Of a stretch of 42,818 bases of DNA, positions 27,123 to 37,267 are shown piece by piece; the first letter of the stretch is position 1, and every line of letters begins with the position of its first letter. Source of the stretch: Candidatus Woesearchaeota archaeon (lineage in GTDB: Archaea; Nanobdellota; Nanobdellia; Woesearchaeales; SKGA01); contig JAFGOT010000024.1 in NCBI GenBank assembly GCA_016926395.1, positions 1 to 42,818 of the forward strand, written 5' to 3'. Both the position numbers and the translations under genes were made by a program. The notes under the pieces were generated by a model. That model worked only from the letters and a program-made list of their open reading frames with translations. It ran no database searches and had not been told where the DNA came from.

Positions 27123-27175
27123 CGGTAACCATTAAAGGAAACCTTTAAATACTACTTTTTCTTTACTCTTTCTAT

Positions 27176-27688
27176 ATGGATCCTGTTCAAAAGCAAATAA
27201 TTACTCTTCTAAAAACTAAAAAAGAAGATATTACAATAAATCAAATAGCTGATGAACTAGGTATTGAACGACACACGGCTTCTCGTCATCTTGAATCATT
27301 AAAAGGTCTTGGAATCTGTACATTTAGATCCATCGGAAAATCGAAAGTCTGGAAATTAGCACCAAGTGCTTTTCTTAGTATAATGAGTGAAGAAAGTCCA
27401 TTACGAGATGAACTTGATATGTTCTTATCTTTAGTTGATAATAAAATAACTGTTCAAACACAAAATCATGATATTATTTGGGCAAATAAAGGAAAAATAA
27501 ACAAAAAATGTTATGAACTTCATGGAAAAAAAGAACATGAGTGTGATTGTTGTCCGGTTGAAAAAACATTTGCAACAGGAAAAACACAAAAATCAACCTG
27601 TCAACATAATGATATTGTAACAAAGCCTATCAAAGACAAAGACGGCAAAACAATTGCTGTAATAAACATACTCAAAAATAAGGACTAA
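27176..27688 (+). CDS. HTH transcriptional regulator with Cys-rich PAS-like C-terminal domain
   Basis: TINQIADELGIERHTASRHLESL winged HTH; IIWANK...KKCYELHGKKEHECDCCPVEKTFATGK PAS-like segment. Confidence 0.75.
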   Translation: MDPVQKQIITLLKTKKEDITINQIADELGIERHTASRHLESLKGLGICTFRSIGKSKVWKLAPSAFLSIMSEESPLRDELDMFLSLVDNKITVQTQNHDIIWANKGKINKKCYELHGKKEHECDCCPVEKTFATGKTQKSTCQHNDIVTKPIKDKDGKTIAVINILKNKD

Positions 27689-27703
27689 CTTTATTTTTGG
27701 TGT

Positions 27704-27736
27704 CGACAAAAAGTCGGAATAAATATTTTTTTGTCG
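27704..27736. promoter_or_regulatory. Inverted-repeat operator candidate upstream of suf operon
   Basis: CGACAAAAA-N15-TTTTTGTCG around a TAAATA box. Confidence 0.5.
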
Positions 27737-27759
27737 CAAACTAACATCCTAAAAGAAAA

Positions 27760-29157
27760 ATGAATGAAATAAAAGAATTATCCACTGAACTGTATGAAAA
27801 AAGCGACATCGTTGGAACTAAATTTGAAACTATTAAAGGATTAAATGAAGATGTTGTTAGACAAATTAGTGAATATAAAAAAGAGCCTGAGTGGATGCTT
27901 AATTTAAGATTACAATCATTAAAAATATTTCAAGAACTTGAAATGCCAAAATGGGGTCCTGATATTAGCGACCTTAATCTAAGCAAAATAACTTATTTCA
28001 ATGATCCTGAAAGTGTAAGTTCTAAATCTTGGGATGATGTTCCTGAAAATATAAAACGAACATTTGATGCACTTGGAATTCCTGAAGCAGAGAAAAAAGC
28101 ATTAGCAGGAGTTGGAGCACAATTTGATAGTTCTACAGTATATCATAATTTGGCAAAAGAATTAGAAGAAAAAGGAGTTATATTCAAAGATATGGATGAA
28201 GCTGTCAAAGATCATCCGCAGCTTATTCAAAAATATTTTATGAAACAATGTATATCGCCAAGTTTACATAAATTCGCGGCGTTACATGGAGCTGTTTGGA
28301 GTGGAGGAACTTTTATTTATGTTCCAAAAAATGTGGATGTGGGTCAACCACTGCAAGCTTATTTTAGAATGAATAAAATTGCGTTTGGACAATTTGAACA
28401 TACTTTGATAATTCTAGAAGAAGGAGCAAAATTACATTATATAGAAGGATGTAGTGCTCCAAAATATGATGAGAACTCGCTTCATGCTGGAGGGGTTGAA
28501 ATATTTGTTCACAAAAATGCAAACATGAGATACAGTAGCGTTGAAAACTGGTCAAAAAACACTTACAATCTAAACACTAAACGAGCGCTTGTTTATGAAG
28601 ATGCTAATATGGAGTGGGTTAGTGGGAACATGGGGAGTAAAAAAACAATGCTTTACCCTGCAACAATACTTATTGGAAAAGGAAGCAGTTCAACTCACAT
28701 AGGAGTTGCTTATGCAAGTAAAGATCAAGAACAAGATACTGGTGCTAAAGTATATCATATGGCTTCAAACACTACAAGCATAATCAAAAATAAAAGTATT
28801 TCACGAGAAGGCGGGATTACCAATTATAGGGGGATTGTAAAGGTTGCAAGAAATGCAGAAAACTGTAGTAGTGCTGTTGACTGTGATGCGCTGATGCTTG
28901 ATAATAAAAGTCAAAGTAATACTTTTCCAACAATGGATATTAACAACAAAAACGTTACAATTGCTCATGAAGCAAGAGTGGGAAAAATAAGTGATGATCA
29001 AATATTTTATTTACAATCAAGAGGAATTCCTGAAGAGCAAGCTATGCAAATGATTGTAAATGGTTTTATGGAACCTCTTGTGAAAGAATTACCTCTTGAA
29101 TATGCAAGTGAGATGAATAAATTAATAGAACTTGATATGGAAGGATCTCTTGGTTAA
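27760..29157 (+). CDS. sufB: Fe-S cluster assembly protein SufB
   Basis: GIPEAE..ALAGVGAQ.DS, LQAYFRMN, GQFEHTL, YIEGCSAP, HEARVGKI..DQIFYLQSRG. Confidence 0.97.
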   Translation: MNEIKELSTELYEKSDIVGTKFETIKGLNEDVVRQISEYKKEPEWMLNLRLQSLKIFQELEMPKWGPDISDLNLSKITYFNDPESVSSKSWDDVPENIKRTFDALGIPEAEKKALAGVGAQFDSSTVYHNLAKELEEKGVIFKDMDEAVKDHPQLIQKYFMKQCISPSLHKFAALHGAVWSGGTFIYVPKNVDVGQPLQAYFRMNKIAFGQFEHTLIILEEGAKLHYIEGCSAPKYDENSLHAGGVEIFVHKNANMRYSSVENWSKNTYNLNTKRALVYEDANMEWVSGNMGSKKTMLYPATILIGKGSSSTHIGVAYASKDQEQDTGAKVYHMASNTTSIIKNKSISREGGITNYRGIVKVARNAENCSSAVDCDALMLDNKSQSNTFPTMDINNKNVTIAHEARVGKISDDQIFYLQSRGIPEEQAMQMIVNGFMEPLVKELPLEYASEMNKLIELDMEGSLG

Positions 29158-29158
29158 A

Positions 29159-30115
29159 ATGGTTGAAACAAAAGTAAAGAGAGGATTGGGAATTGTAACT
29201 GATTTAGATTTGAAAAGTCCAATTTCCAATGGATTAAATAAAATCTCCATTGAAGGAGCATATCAAGAAATCTCTTTTGATGATAATTTAGCTTGTGTGC
29301 GAGATGCAAGAGCGGGAACAAATAATCATTTTGATGAAATTCATTTTGACAATTGTGAAACCAAAATATTGGAGATAAAAGGAAACACTATTATACGGCA
29401 AGAAATAGAGTCCCCCACACAACTAATTCTTTGCATAGATCAAACTGCTAATATTAATATTGATTTGAGAGGAAAATCAAATTCATTTCTATCTTCTGGA
29501 ATATTTATACATGTTCATAAAGATGTACATGCGAATATTTTAATTAAATCAGAACTAAAGGGAAATCAAAATTATTTAAGATTAATTCAAATACAAGAAG
29601 AGAATTCAAATATTAATTTTGCGTTGCAGTATTATTCTGAAAATCAATCTTTGTTATTTTTCAAAACTGATTTAGTTGGTGAAAATTCTGCTTTGGATAA
29701 AAGAGTATTCATAAAAGGAACTAATTCTGTTCTGGATAGTGACATTAAAATTATTCATAACGCTTCAAGAACCAAATCTAATATGGTTGTTAATGGAACG
29801 CTTGAAAAGTCTAGAATAATAAATGAAAATTCTATTAATATAACTAAAGATGCTGATACTTGTGAAGGTTATGAACATAGTAAATTCATAATTTTAGATT
29901 CTGAATCGGACGCTATTAGTATTCCTAATCTTGAAATATCCAATAACAACGTTAGTTGTTCTCATGGAAGTACAATAAGTAGTGTTGGAGAAGAGGAATT
30001 ATTTTATTTACAATCAAGAGGGCTAAATAAGAAAGACTCTGTTTCCTTAATAACTCAGGGACTTGAGTCATCTGTGGTTGATCATGTTTTAATTGGAAGT
30101 GGAATTGATGAATAA
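29159..30115 (+). CDS. sufD: SufD-like Fe-S assembly protein
   Basis: IPNLEI.NNNV.CSHG.T...EELFYLQSRG; follows sufB. Confidence 0.9.
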   Translation: MVETKVKRGLGIVTDLDLKSPISNGLNKISIEGAYQEISFDDNLACVRDARAGTNNHFDEIHFDNCETKILEIKGNTIIRQEIESPTQLILCIDQTANINIDLRGKSNSFLSSGIFIHVHKDVHANILIKSELKGNQNYLRLIQIQEENSNINFALQYYSENQSLLFFKTDLVGENSALDKRVFIKGTNSVLDSDIKIIHNASRTKSNMVVNGTLEKSRIINENSINITKDADTCEGYEHSKFIILDSESDAISIPNLEISNNNVSCSHGSTISSVGEEELFYLQSRGLNKKDSVSLITQGLESSVVDHVLIGSGIDE

Positions 30116-31295
30116 AAAAGATTTTCAAGTTTTTGAAAAAAATGATGTTGTGTATTTGGATAGCGCGGCAACAACTCAAAGACCAAAAGTAGTTGTTGAG
30201 GCATTGGTTGATGCATATGTGAATAGAAATGCCAATGCACATCGTGCAGGATATGAATTATCTATAAAAGCAACTGAAGGGATGGAAGAAGCAAGAGAAA
30301 AATTTGCTAAATTTGTTGGCGCAAGAAAAGAAGAAATAATTTTTGCAAAAAACACTACTGAAATATTAAATAATTTAGCAAGAAGTATTCCTATAAACTT
30401 GGAAGATGATGTTTTAGTAACTGATATGGAGCATCATAGTAATTTTGTTCCTTGGCAACAAGAGGCAAAACAAGTTGGTGCTACGTTTAGATCAGTTCCA
30501 TTAAATCCTAAAACTTATGAATTAGATTTTAATATAGATTTAATCAAATCAAATACTAAAGTTTTTTCATTTACAGGGATGTCAAATGTTAGTGGATACA
30601 TGCCAAACATAAAAGAAATTGTTAGACAAATTAGAGAAAAAAATCCCAATACAATAATTATTTTAGATGCTTGCCAATTAGCACCTCATAAGATAGTTGA
30701 TGTAAAAGAATTAGATGTTGACTTCATGGCTTTTTCCGTACATAAACTCTACGGCCCTTTTGGTGTTGGTGTTATGTATGGTAAATATGAATTATTAGAA
30801 AAACTAGAACCTTTTCTTTATGGAGGAAGTATGATTGGAAAAGTAAGTCTTGAAGTTACGACTTGGGCAGATATTCCTCATAGATTTGAAGCTGGAACAA
30901 TGGACTCAAGTAGTATTATGACTTGCGTAGCTGCAATAGATTATCTAAATAAATTGTCTATTGAAAAAATAGAAGAAAACGAAACAAAACTTTTAGAATT
31001 AGCAAAACAAAAACTAAACGAAATAGAAGGTGTTCATATAATAGGTCATCAAGATGAAAACAATTATGGTCCATTATTGAGTTTTTATGTGGATGGTGTC
31101 GATGCTGATGATATTGCAACCATGCTTGGAAGCAAAGGTATATGTGTAAGGTCTGGAAAACACTGTGCTGAACCATTTCTAAATGCAATTGGTGTCCAAG
31201 GAACAGTTAGATTAAGTTTTGGAATATATAATGATGAATCTGATGTAGAGAAATTTATTAGTGCTTTAAATGCAGCATTGAAATTATTAAGGTGA
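30108..31295 (+). CDS. sufS: Cysteine desulfurase, SufS family
   Basis: YLDSAATTQRP, MEHHSN.VPW, SVHKLYGPFG (PLP Lys), VRSGKHCA (catalytic Cys). Confidence 0.95.
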   Translation: MNKKDFQVFEKNDVVYLDSAATTQRPKVVVEALVDAYVNRNANAHRAGYELSIKATEGMEEAREKFAKFVGARKEEIIFAKNTTEILNNLARSIPINLEDDVLVTDMEHHSNFVPWQQEAKQVGATFRSVPLNPKTYELDFNIDLIKSNTKVFSFTGMSNVSGYMPNIKEIVRQIREKNPNTIIILDACQLAPHKIVDVKELDVDFMAFSVHKLYGPFGVGVMYGKYELLEKLEPFLYGGSMIGKVSLEVTTWADIPHRFEAGTMDSSSIMTCVAAIDYLNKLSIEKIEENETKLLELAKQKLNEIEGVHIIGHQDENNYGPLLSFYVDGVDADDIATMLGSKGICVRSGKHCAEPFLNAIGVQGTVRLSFGIYNDESDVEKFISALNAALKLLR

Positions 31296-31300
31296 ATAAA

Positions 31301-32035
31301 ATGACATTACTAAGAGTAGAAAACTTAAGTGCATTTATTGAAGATAAAAAAATACTTGATAAAATAAATTTATCTTTAGAAGAAGGTGAAGTTTTAGTTA
31401 TAATGGGTCCAAATGGAAGCGGAAAATCAACCCTTGCACAAAGTTTAATGGGAAGTCCTATTTATGAGCAAGAGGGAAATATTATTTTAGATGGTTTCTC
31501 ACTGAATGAATTAAGTGCTGATGAACGTTCTAAGAAAGGGTTATTTTTGTCATTTCAACATCCGGCTTCAATTGAAGGAGTAACTATAAGTAATTTTTTA
31601 CGCCAAGCAATAAATACTAGACTTGAAACTCCAATAAGATTAAGTGAATACAAAAGAGAATTAAATAAAAATATGGATGTATTAAAATTAGATTCTTCTT
31701 TTTCTCAGAGATATTTGAATGTTGGTCACTCAGGGGGAGAAAAGAAAAAACTTGAAACATTACAATTACTGATGTTAAAACCCAAAGTTGCAATATTAGA
31801 TGAAACTGATTCAGGTTTAGATGTGGATGCTCTAAAAATTGTGACTTCAGGAATAAATACAATAAAAAAAGAACACCCAAAGATGGGTATTATAGTAATA
31901 ACTCATTACAACAAAATCTTAGAATATTTAAAACCCAATAGGGTAATTGTTCTAAAAAAAGGGACTGTGGTTAAAGAAGGAGAATTAGAGCTGATAAAAC
32001 AAATAGAGGAAAATGGTTATGAGCAATTTACTTAG
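31301..32035 (+). CDS. sufC: Fe-S cluster assembly ATPase SufC
   Basis: MGPNGSGKSTL, FLSFQHP, SGGEKKK.E, AILDETDSGLDVDAL, ITHY. Confidence 0.96.
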   Translation: MTLLRVENLSAFIEDKKILDKINLSLEEGEVLVIMGPNGSGKSTLAQSLMGSPIYEQEGNIILDGFSLNELSADERSKKGLFLSFQHPASIEGVTISNFLRQAINTRLETPIRLSEYKRELNKNMDVLKLDSSFSQRYLNVGHSGGEKKKLETLQLLMLKPKVAILDETDSGLDVDALKIVTSGINTIKKEHPKMGIIVITHYNKILEYLKPNRVIVLKKGTVVKEGELELIKQIEENGYEQFT

Positions 32036-32084
32036 TATTAATGTGGATATGGGTTAGAAATAAAAAATATATGAGGTAAATAAA

Positions 32085-32702
32085 ATGTATGAACAAACAA
32101 AATTAAATTATGATTATGCGGACTTAGAACCGTATGTTGATAAAGAAACGATGCATGTGCATTATGACAAACATCATGCAGCTTACACCGCAAAATTAAA
32201 TGCTGCTATAGAAAAATATCCGGCATTATTTGAAAAAACTGCAGAAGAAATTTTGTCAAATGTTTCTTTGATTCCCGAAGATATTAGATCTGCTGTTATA
32301 AATAACGGCGGAGGTTATGTTAACCATAATCTTTTCTTTTCAATAATGGGCAAAGACAAAAAAATGAGCGTTGAGTTTGAAAATGTTTTAACTGATGCTT
32401 TTGGTAGTGTTGAAAAATTCAAAGAAGAATTTGAAAATGCAGCTCTTACGCAATTTGGTAGTGGTTGGGCTTGGCTGGTGATAACAGCGGATAGCGATCA
32501 GGGAACGGGCAAACAATTAGCTATCAGAAAGACTAGTAATCAAGATACTCCTTTATCAAATGGAGAAAAACCAATTTTATGTATTGATGTATGGGAACAC
32601 TCTTACTACTTAAAATACCAAAACAAAAGACCGGATTATGTTAAAGCATTTTGGAATGTTGTAAACTGGGAAGAAGTAGAAAGATTATACAAAGAAGCTT
32701 AG
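32085..32702 (+). CDS. sod: Fe/Mn superoxide dismutase
   Basis: HYDKHHAAY, NNGGGYVNH, FGSGWAWL, DVWEHSYY. Confidence 0.97.
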   Translation: MYEQTKLNYDYADLEPYVDKETMHVHYDKHHAAYTAKLNAAIEKYPALFEKTAEEILSNVSLIPEDIRSAVINNGGGYVNHNLFFSIMGKDKKMSVEFENVLTDAFGSVEKFKEEFENAALTQFGSGWAWLVITADSDQGTGKQLAIRKTSNQDTPLSNGEKPILCIDVWEHSYYLKYQNKRPDYVKAFWNVVNWEEVERLYKEA

Positions 32703-32777
32703 GTTTCTTTTCTTTTATTTTTTTGTTTAAATATTCTTTCGATGATTATAAATATTTGATTGATTTCAAATTTATTT

Positions 32778-33362
32778 ATGAAACAACAATCTTTTATCGC
32801 AAAGACCCCAAAACACGAGTTAGAGGTGGAAGTTCTTTCTAAACTCGTTTCAAGAGATGTTTTTGATGTTAAAAAAGAACAGTTTAGAAAAATGTGCGAA
32901 GATGGTTGTAGTAATTATGGTAAAAAATACTCTTGTCCTCCGTTTTCTCCTTCTTTTGAAAAATTTCAAAATAGTTTTGAGAACTTTTTAGTTGTAATGT
33001 ATTCTATTAATTTGAATCAGTTGGCCAATTTTGATTATTCTGATTATCAAAAATTACAGATAGGAAATGCGGTTATTAAACCGAGACTTGAAAAATACAT
33101 GCGAAGTTTAGAAAATAAAACCAATACTCAATTTTTTAGTACGGGTGCATGTCGTCTTTGTAAACCTTGTAAAGGTAAACTTGGAGAACCTTGTGCAAAA
33201 CCAAACGATAAACGATATAGTTTAGAAGCTTCTGGTGTTGATTGTAATAAGCTTGCAATGGATGTTTTTGATAGGCCACTTCTTTGGTATAAAAATAAAA
33301 CTGCACCTGAATACACTTCGGTGATTGCAGCTATTCCTGTGAGCGAGACTTTTTCTTTTTGA
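32778..33362 (+). CDS. DUF2284 predicted metal-binding protein
   Basis: C...CSNYGKKYSCPP...GACRLC.PC.....PC..P...RYSLEASGVDC. Confidence 0.85.
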   Translation: MKQQSFIAKTPKHELEVEVLSKLVSRDVFDVKKEQFRKMCEDGCSNYGKKYSCPPFSPSFEKFQNSFENFLVVMYSINLNQLANFDYSDYQKLQIGNAVIKPRLEKYMRSLENKTNTQFFSTGACRLCKPCKGKLGEPCAKPNDKRYSLEASGVDCNKLAMDVFDRPLLWYKNKTAPEYTSVIAAIPVSETFSF

Positions 33363-34095
33363 ATTCTTTTTCCTTTTCTTTTAATGATTCTAATGTGATT
33401 GGTTTTTGTTTTATGTAAGTATTTTCGAAAAGAATTTTCATAATCTGGATAAATTCTTGATCTCTAATTAGCATTGTTGTGTTTTGTTCAATTAGTGTAA
33501 TCATTACTTCGAAATCGGTTATTGCTAAAGCCACTGTTTTTGATTCAAATTCGCGCATTTCGTTTTGTCCGTGTTCAACAAATTTTTTTAGATTTGGTAT
33601 TGTTTTTTCATTTACGCGATTAAGACTTTTGTAATCAATTCCTTTTTCTTTGTTTTTTTTGATGTTGCTTAATGTTTTTGCCCAAATTGTTGAATGTGGT
33701 TTTATATTGTATATGAATTTTTCTCCACTTTTCATCTGATGTGCTATTTTATCAAAATTGGCTTTACCTTTTGCAATGATGATTGGTTCTTCTTCTTGTT
33801 GTTTGTAAATTTGTTGAAGGTGCTTGACATCTGATTCTAGTTGCTTTAGCTTTTCTTGTTTTTGTTGTATTAATTTATTCAAATGTTCGGGCTCGGTTGG
33901 AGCGAACTTTTTGGTTTTTTCAGGAATAACTTTTACTAACCCTTTAGCTTCAAGCCTGTCTAAAACTTCGTAAATTTTACCATATGAAACGTTGGATTCT
34001 CTACTTACTGTGCTAGCTGTTATTGCTCCATGTTCGACTAACGTTTGATAAATTCGTTGTTCGGCAGGTGTTAATCCTAGTTCTGATAAGTCCAT
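33331..34095 (-). CDS. TrmB-family transcriptional regulator
   Basis: LSELGLT..E..IY..L...G..TA..VS..S.V...KIYEVL.RL..KGLV. Confidence 0.92.
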   Translation of the reverse strand: MDLSELGLTPAEQRIYQTLVEHGAITASTVSRESNVSYGKIYEVLDRLEAKGLVKVIPEKTKKFAPTEPEHLNKLIQQKQEKLKQLESDVKHLQQIYKQQEEEPIIIAKGKANFDKIAHQMKSGEKFIYNIKPHSTIWAKTLSNIKKNKEKGIDYKSLNRVNEKTIPNLKKFVEHGQNEMREFESKTVALAITDFEVMITLIEQNTTMLIRDQEFIQIMKILFENTYIKQKPITLESLKEKEKEFKKKKSRSQE

Positions 34096-34122
34096 ATTGT
34101 TCTTATTTTAGTATTTGTGGTT

Positions 34123-34140
34123 TAAATACATTTGTATTTA
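34123..34140. promoter_or_regulatory. Palindrome overlapping the TrmB gene TATA box
   Basis: TAAATACA-TT-TGTATTTA. Confidence 0.45.
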
Positions 34141-34233
34141 CAACCTCTTAGGAGGGGGTGATATTTTATATATTAATTTCACCTAACAGTAGTAACAAAA
34201 GGCAAACAGATTGCTTTTTGGAGGTGAATTGAA

Positions 34234-34989
34234 ATGAATAAATTAAACATACAAAAAACAAGTTTTTACAACAAAGACACTCGGCCAAAATTTGAAGGAG
34301 CTTATGGAAATCCTATTTCAAAAGAATCTTTAGATACACTGCTTGGTGGAATAAAGACGATTTGTATTAGTGATGTTGATGGAACTTATATTAATACTAA
34401 TGGAGCTGTAAGAGGGGCTCAAGCTATGGCTCTTGCAAAAATTGCAAATACTAGTTATGAAGAAGCATACGCAAATCTAGAAGAACATGGTTTGAAAGGT
34501 GCTGTTGAACAGTATATGTCTTTAAATGATTTTTTTACGGGTCCATACAAAACATTTGATCCTTTTGAAGCTGTCAAGTCTGGTCAAATGAGTGTTTTTG
34601 AAGATGCACTTAGATTTACAAGAAGTGGTGTTCCAACAATTGCTATTTCTAACTCTAGTGAACAAGCAACAAAAAATAAATTGAAAGCGCTTGGAATTGA
34701 CGATGAATTTGTTGGTATTCATGCTGCATTTCTAAAAAATGAAGCTAAACCAAATATTTACTTGGCTGAAAAAGCAATAAAAGAACTAGATGATATGGGT
34801 TGGTATAATACAAATCAACAGATTATTCATGTTGGTGATCAAGAATATGATTTGCAATTTGGACATAACATAAAACAGATTCATCCAAATGCTGTTAGTG
34901 TTTTGATTACTCGTCCTGGTAATAGTTACAAAGGAAATACGAAAGCCGATTATGTAATTTCATCATTTGATGATTTGAATACTCTTTGA
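34234..34989 (+). CDS. HAD-superfamily hydrolase
   Basis: ISDVDGT (motif I), ISNS (II), KP (III), HVGDQEYD (IV). Confidence 0.88.
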   Translation: MNKLNIQKTSFYNKDTRPKFEGAYGNPISKESLDTLLGGIKTICISDVDGTYINTNGAVRGAQAMALAKIANTSYEEAYANLEEHGLKGAVEQYMSLNDFFTGPYKTFDPFEAVKSGQMSVFEDALRFTRSGVPTIAISNSSEQATKNKLKALGIDDEFVGIHAAFLKNEAKPNIYLAEKAIKELDDMGWYNTNQQIIHVGDQEYDLQFGHNIKQIHPNAVSVLITRPGNSYKGNTKADYVISSFDDLNTL

Positions 34990-34999
34990 GGTGATTGAA

Positions 35000-35971
35000 A
35001 TGACAAAGCAATTACTTCAAGATATGAAAGAACTTTATGGTTTAACTGTTAAAGAGATATTTAGATTTGGAAAAAGTGTTAATGCTACTTACAAATTAAT
35101 AACCAAAGATGGTGAATATTTCTTAAAGGAACTTTATTTCTTTAAGGGGACTAAAAAAGAACACTTCTTTGCCCAAGTGGATATAGTTTTGCACATGAAA
35201 AAGAAAGGACTTAATGTTTTAACTCCTTTGCAAACAAAGACGGGAGGATATGTTGGAGAAATAAATAATCGTTATTACCTGCTTTATCCTTACCACGAAA
35301 TTGATGCTCCTTTGAATAATGATGATAGACTAAACTTTGCAGCAAATACTTTAGCTGATTTTCACGAAGCGATGAAAGACTTCGAAACAAAATATGAAGT
35401 TCAAGAAAAATCCATTGAAAAAGATGTGGATACTATAACTTTGTTAACTGAAGAACCAAAAACATTCCATAGTGAACCTCTTGTTGATTCAGCAAAAAAA
35501 ACCAAACATCCTTTGAAAAAAGAATTCATAAAAGAACTACCTTTCTTAAAAAATGTCGCAATAAGAATAATGCGCCATCTTTGGGGAATGCCCTTTACTG
35601 AAAAATCTTTATTACATTATGATTTTGGACCTCACAACATATTTTACTCAAAGGGAAATTTTTTAGCTGTTTCTGACTTTGATTTTTCTCACTTTGGTTT
35701 TGTTGAAGTGGATGTTGCAAAAGCTGCGAAGTTTTGGTCTGAAAAAGAAGATGGAACTATTGATCTTAGAAAGTTTAGAAGATTTATTTATGTTTATTCC
35801 AAACAGAGAAACATGAAAATAGATTGGGGTGTTTATTATGGCTTAGCATTATTTATTGTGATGAGAAGACTTGTTTATGCTACAAACTATACTTTCACAA
35901 GAAAAGATTTAAAATTTTTATATGACAAGGATATAAAAACACTTCACTTTTTGATGGAAAATAAATTTTAA
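35000..35971 (+). CDS. APH/homoserine-kinase-type-II family phosphotransferase
   Basis: YFLK, LADFH, LLHYDFGPHNIF, VSDFD; GAGGTGA SD before 35000. Confidence 0.88.
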   Translation: MTKQLLQDMKELYGLTVKEIFRFGKSVNATYKLITKDGEYFLKELYFFKGTKKEHFFAQVDIVLHMKKKGLNVLTPLQTKTGGYVGEINNRYYLLYPYHEIDAPLNNDDRLNFAANTLADFHEAMKDFETKYEVQEKSIEKDVDTITLLTEEPKTFHSEPLVDSAKKTKHPLKKEFIKELPFLKNVAIRIMRHLWGMPFTEKSLLHYDFGPHNIFYSKGNFLAVSDFDFSHFGFVEVDVAKAAKFWSEKEDGTIDLRKFRRFIYVYSKQRNMKIDWGVYYGLALFIVMRRLVYATNYTFTRKDLKFLYDKDIKTLHFLMENKF

Positions 35972-37172
35972 TTTTTTTGTTTTTTTTCTTTTAATTTAGA
36001 AAAACATATTATACTTCCAATGAAAAATATACTTGAACAGCCAATAACATATTGTATTGGAAACACATCCATTAAAGCTCCTGCAATAATTACTATGACT
36101 GTGTTAATGCCTGTGTATATCATGCTTTCAATAGATGTTGTTGTGGCTCGAATTTTGGAAGGAATTAACTTTTGAAAGTAATGTTCAAGAATTGGTCTTT
36201 TAAGACCTCTAAACATTTCTGGAACTACAAATAAACTTGCAGCGATTATGAATCTTCCTTCTTTTATGAACAAGGTTCCTAATAGCAAAATTAATTGCAT
36301 AGATGTCAAAAACATAAGTGCTTTTTTTTCATCTTTTATTTTGGACGCTAATAATGGGATAAATATCATTACTGCTGCTAGGGCCGATATAAAATAACCA
36401 ATGGACTCAACTGGAAAACCTACCGTATCCACCATTAACGGAGTCCAACCATCTTCCGCCATTAAAGCAATCGATGCAAAAATACCCGCTCCAATAACTA
36501 ACATTAAATTTCTTGTTTTTTTAATATGTTTAAATCCTTTTTTTGTTGTTTGCCAATTATTTTTTAATGCTTTTTTTACAGTTGTTTTTGCAGGTTTAAA
36601 TTTCTCTGGGATTCTTGCAAAGATTACTGCTCCTAGAATGTGGCTTGCTCCAATAATGTACCAAAGAAGATCCATAGATAAATTCTTTACAATATAACTT
36701 CCTATTAATGGCGCTATTACAAAACCTGCGTATAAAATGCTTTGATATTTGATGAAATATGTTTGTTCTAATTTTTTTTTTTTTTGTTAAATTTTAAATT
36801 GTCCATAACCCATGCTACTTCTGCTCCACTAACAAGAGTTGTTCCAAGACCAAGAATTGACCATAGTACTAATGTAGTTAAAAATGAATTACTTAAAGGT
36901 ATTAGTCCAAATGATATGCCGACAATAATCATTCCTACAACAACTGACCATTTACGACTGTATTCATCAGCAAAAGCACCTGTTGGAATTTCAAGAACAA
37001 ATGTGCTAACACCAAATATTGCAAACATTATGGATATTTGAAGAAATGATAGTCCTGTATCTAAAAAATATATGACTGCATAAGGCATTGCGACGGCAAA
37101 AGCACCTATAACAAAATTGACCAAATAAAACAGGCCTAATTCTTCAAGTTCGTTTTCTTTAAATAATTTCAA
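35968..37172 (-). pseudogene. MFS transporter split by a frameshift in an A14 tract
   Basis: 5' part has EIPTGAFADEYSRK...SGAEVAW. After the A14 tract the shifted frame reads LEQTYFIKYQSILYAGFVIAPLIGSY... into ORF 35968-36675. Confidence 0.85.
36772..36785 (-). repeat. A14 homopolymer (T14 on + strand)
   Basis: Direct count across 36772-36785. Confidence 0.9.
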
Positions 37173-37216
37173 TGTCTTAATCCTCTGGTTTTAGTTTTAT
37201 AATGCTTTCTAAAAAA

Positions 37217-37240
37217 GAAGCGAAGAGAAACTCTTCGCTA
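37217..37240. terminator. Hairpin between ABC permease and MFS gene
   Basis: GCGAAGAG-AAA-CTCTTCGC perfect 8-bp stem; coordinates approximate. Confidence 0.45.
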
Positions 37241-37267
37241 AAATAAAAATTCCTTGGATGGTTGTGA

